From contig NC_068994.1 in NCBI RefSeq assembly GCF_001194135.2, positions 5,359,439 to 5,420,067 on the forward strand: a stretch of 60,629 nt of DNA, in the 5' to 3' direction. The notes beneath the pieces were generated by a model. The model saw only the letters and a list, made by a program, of their open reading frames with translations. It searched no databases and was not told the DNA's origin. The first letter of the stretch is position 1; every line of letters starts with the position of its first letter. Position numbers and translations under genes: made by a program. This document shows positions 56,439 to 60,629 of the stretch, one piece after another. Source of the DNA: Octopus bimaculoides (lineage: Eukaryota).

Positions 56439-58827
56439 CGTGTGCAGATATGTACATAGATGAATTCATACATAAACACACAGGTATTCACATACAATCA
56501 GTAATGTTATGATGTCATAAAAACACAGTTTGTTATGGAAATATATCATCTGCGGACGGACTTCGATAATAGCCTATTTCTTTTATGATGGTTTACTTAA
56601 CACATATTGTATCACATTCTCATAGAAAGATTTCTGTATTTAAATTATTATAGATGAGATGTTCCATATTAATGAGACCAGTTCATAAAGTGAATAAAGG
56701 TGATTTCTCTTATTCAGATTTCTTTTTCTTCAACAACATTCATAAAAAATTGAAGGACATTAAAAATCGATATAACTTGGAATACTCTATTTTCAAACTT
56801 ATAATAGTAACGTTTCTACTTACGTGTCTGTCGATTGAACTAGGAAACACTTTTTGTCAATCTTCTTATTTTCAATAGAATAATAAAAAAAAAGAAAGAC
56901 TCTGTGATATTAAATGCTGATAAACTGTAATTTTCCAAGGAATTTCTTTATCAATTTTCAATGCCAGCGGTGGAGCAAATATGTTGAACTGTTTTGTCTT
57001 GTCGGAGTTTCTAGCAGACGATATCAAGATTGAGGAATACGCATGCGTCAAACAATTTTTTTTCTGACGTAATGTTGCCATTGCCAACGGTTCGCTTACT
57101 TTTAGCTAGGTTTATGCAGACATTTACATCAATGGAGACATTAATAAGTGAGAAGTATTTCACTTAATATAAAAACACGTTATGAAGTATAATCGTACTG
57201 GGTAAGACAACGACTAACCCAGGGGCGGCTACTCGTCCAGGTTTTCCACAACAGAAATTTATCAGTTGTCGCCAATTATGTAGAATATTTTCTTATGGCC
57301 AGGGCGATATTCGTTGCAGAAATGAGGTTTTATTTATTGATTTTGATATATTTTAGATTTGGAAGTGATCCTTCGTGTTGTTGTTGGTTGTTAGACTATT
57401 AGTAAATGTATATGAGTGTGTATATATTATAGATGTTCAATTTATAAATGTTTTATCTCATTACCAAAAATAAATCCTTACATATATATATATATGTGTG
57501 TGTGTGTGCACGCGCACGCGCGTGTCTGTGTGTTTGTGTGTGTGTGTCTGTATGTGTTTGTATGTATATATATATGTGTGTGTGTGTGTGTGTGCGTGCG
57601 TGTGTGTGTGTGAATAAATTTAAATATTAAGGGTGAAAAATTGAAAATTTATTTGATTAATATCAATCTAAAACCAGTGCACTAGCAAATTGAGAAATCT
57701 GAAGATTCAGAAAAATTATATTACATACATATGTATGTTATATATAGAGAGAGATTGAAAGTGAATATGGTACTTAAGTTTAGGCACCAGAATTTAGTAT
57801 GGCATTATCCAGACAATTCCAAAAAATAAGGTGATCAAAAATCAAAATAAGCAACAAGGATATTCAAGGTTAATGCAGTACAATCGTTTCATGCGACTCC
57901 ATTCATTTAAGCAATGCGAGCATTACATTAAATGTAAAATGTAGAGCAATCTTCAGCTGCACAAATATAGAGAAAATTTACTGAAATTTCATTTCAGTTG
58001 AAGGACATATTACTGTTGTAACTACATTTAAACAATCCAAGTGGGAAGGAAGAATACAAAAAAACATTGTGACTTAGCCAAAGCAAACAGGTTAGTAATT
58101 AATTCTAAGCAGAATTTTAACTGTCACTGATTTTATTTGTTTTTTTGTCTAGTGATTTAAAGCTTAAGAGGGCACCAGCTTTTTCCTTATAAGGAAAGGG
58201 AAGAGGTAAACAATATACATGGATATGGTTATAAAAAATTCCTTTGGTCTTAGTGAGTTTTTTTTTCCTACAATCAGACCAGTTTATAATGTAGCAGGGG
58301 CGGTTTTAACCTAAGGCACCAAGGTCAACAGGACTTTTCATTCATCAGAATAATGTATCGGTATTGTTTTACATATACTAAGTATGGAAACTTTGAAATA
58401 CCAATATTAGCTTAATTATTATGTTAAGAATAGTGATGTAATTAGTCAATACATTTAGTATGCAAAAACCATGAAGTAGTATTAATTTAAAAGCTTTGGT
58501 AAAGTACATTTAGAGCTATTTATATGAGTATAAAGAACCAAAGATAAAGAACCATAGATGAGATGTGAAGTTAAAAAACTATTTAAGATTATTTTAAAAT
58601 TAAAATTGAAGTATAATCGTACTGGGTAAGACAACGACTAACACAGGGGCGGCTACTCGTCCAGGTTTTCCACAACAGAAATTTATCAGTTGTCACCGAT
58701 TATGTAGAATATTTTTTTATGGCCAGGGCGATATTCGTTGCAGAAACGACGTTTCATTTACCGATTTTGGTATATTTTACATTTCGAAGTGATCCTAAAT
58801 TGTGTTCTTGGTTGTTAGATGATTAGC
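55023..58827. repeat. Three diverged direct copies of a unit of about 730 bp (55023-55755, 56658-57403, partial 58607-58827)
   Basis: Shared blocks: ccatattaatgagac, gtaattttccaaggaat, gtcttgtcgga...gcagacgatat.aagattgaggaat.cgcatgcgtca, gtactgggtaagaca, ggggcggctactcgtc.aggttt. Confidence 0.92.
57874..57961 (-). ncRNA. Type I hammerhead ribozyme-like motif with long stem II insert
   Basis: Minus strand UGCAG-CUGAAGA-U-UGC...GCA-U-GAAA-C-GAUU-G-UA-CUGCA: core intact, stem I 5 bp, stem III 2 bp plus a 4-nt loop, U.U mismatch at the base of stem II. Confidence 0.5.
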
Positions 58828-58834
58828 AAATGTA

Positions 58835-58871
<37 letters not shown>

Positions 58872-58947
58872 TCTTGCATGTAAAATAAATAAATAAATAT
58901 ATATATATATATATAAACATACATACATACATAGTACATATATTATG

Positions 58948-58978
<31 letters not shown>

Positions 58979-59474
58979 ACCTGAAGATAGTTTACCTCTT
59001 CCTGAGAGTAAACAGCATTGTCATAACCTAATACGTACTGAATGAATCGCATCGAAAAATCTTTCAGTAATTTTCAGCAATGTGAATTTATAATTATATC
59101 GGCTGCACATTTTCTCCCGCCGTATACGTATTTGCATACTTCAGTATTTATGTGTTTCATAGGCAAACATTCGGAGGTGGCGTTTTAGAATTGTTTCATC
59201 GTAATTCGTATAAATTGCGATATCATAACCATGAAGGTCTCCATGAAGAGACGTTCGAAAATGTACGAGTCGTCGGGTTATGTTATTTTACACTTATCGT
59301 AATACCCACCGCACGTTTTATATTCATATTTATATCGACAGCAATGAAATATTTGTATTGTGAAAAAATGAGACACCGTGAGGTTAAATATAAAGGATTA
59401 GAAAGTGATTGAAATACATCAGAATACTGTTAATCTTTATATATTATACTCTGTGCGTGCGTGTGTGTGCGTGC

Positions 59475-59515
<41 letters not shown>

Positions 59516-60069
59516 TGTGTATGTATGTGTGTGCCCTCGCGCACGCGAATTTCTACGTGTGCCCGCAGTATGTTTCTATATGTTTGCATGTTTTCTATGA
59601 ACGGATGGCTAAGAGGTCCTCATAGCAAACAGGAGATCCCCGCTTTTTTATATAACATTGAAACGTCCGATAATGAGTGAAATTAAGCAGAGCGAAACTG
59701 TACGGAAGCCCCTTGGTTGGATTCAATGTGTCAGCGAAATAATACAGAGTTTAATCAAACTGTATCTTGCTGCGTGTATTACAAGTCTCCCGGATTTTGG
59801 GTTGGTCTCTGAAATTCAGTTGGACGAAAAATTGGTTCCACAGCATCCAAAGACTACACACACACACACACACACTGAATAAGTTCCAGTCAACAAGAAA
59901 GAGTCCAGGGGAAAATTTTCAAACTTATTCAATTATTTATTCACACACTACAGATGTCCCAACGTAAATCTGGCAGTCGGTATAAGACTACTGGTGGATA
60001 GTAAGTAGCAGGTGAAATCTGAAAGACTACCTTTATACGGTATTCTGCTACGTTCATAAAAGCATATAA

Positions 60070-60106
<37 letters not shown>

Positions 60107-60629
60107 CGGTTATGGGAGGTAATGGTGTCAATAAGACCCAAAGGTGTCAGGTAATGCCGATTAAGCGCTATGGACAGACTATAGTTAAGCCCCAGGTTCG
60201 GTGATTATGCGAATGATGAGTCCAACGCAGGTCATATAACAGCATGAGTATATTCAGAACAGTTATAAATAGAAGGTTTTACAACGTGAACACAACAGCG
60301 GCGATTATCGAGCACAAAAGCACACGTATGCATACTCGCACATGCGGAAGTTCTGTTCTTCTAGAAGCGCTCATTAGACTAAGCAGAGCAGGAGCACTTC
60401 CAAGGACGGAAAGTGTCGCTGGAGAAGTCACAGACGTGTGACGAATGATTTACGGACAATGAACATGAGTAAAAATTAGAATAGTAAAAAGGAATATATG
60501 GTGTGTGTGTTTGTTTGGCAAAGAAAAGAACGTGACCATCCGAGATGCAAGGACATCTGTTTCAATACATAGTTTCACATTAGGAAACATGCAGCACAAA
60601 TTCATAGACGTATATATATATATATATAT

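Noticed and set aside
60213-60260. ATGATGAGTCC resembling a snoRNA C box or a hammerhead core
   Set aside because: No D box (CTGA) at a suitable distance, and no matching GAAA or stem II closure.

Overview
AT-rich, microsatellite-dense animal genomic DNA with N gaps; the SINE, LINE and Chapaev repeat content points to a coleoid cephalopod, probably Octopus (inference). One + strand intron-rich gene occupies most of the window. I traced 20 phase-compatible GT-AG exons from 5145 to 49555 (about 728 aa; 19 well supported, 1 weak; N-terminus incomplete), plus a probable upstream exon at 783-920. The product is a receptor-type protein tyrosine phosphatase: at least two EGF-like repeats, a transmembrane helix, a basic juxtamembrane segment, a D1 domain with intact HCSAGVGRTG but an altered pTyr-recognition loop (KNRY to KNLH), and a dead D2 domain (Cys to Ser). 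Introns and the 3' flank hold decayed Chapaev3, Tc1/mariner, Helitron-like, RTE, CR1-like, Dong/R4 and Penelope-like elements and many tRNA-headed SINEs. Best leads: two hammerhead-ribozyme-like folds (one sense-strand intronic), a 176-bp intronic inverted repeat, a 183-bp exact filler copied into a mariner, an 18-bp duplicated splice acceptor, and a triplicated promoter-like unit. I cannot claim a new biological system from sequence alone. All alignments were done by eye, and TE boundaries are approximate unless termini are given.
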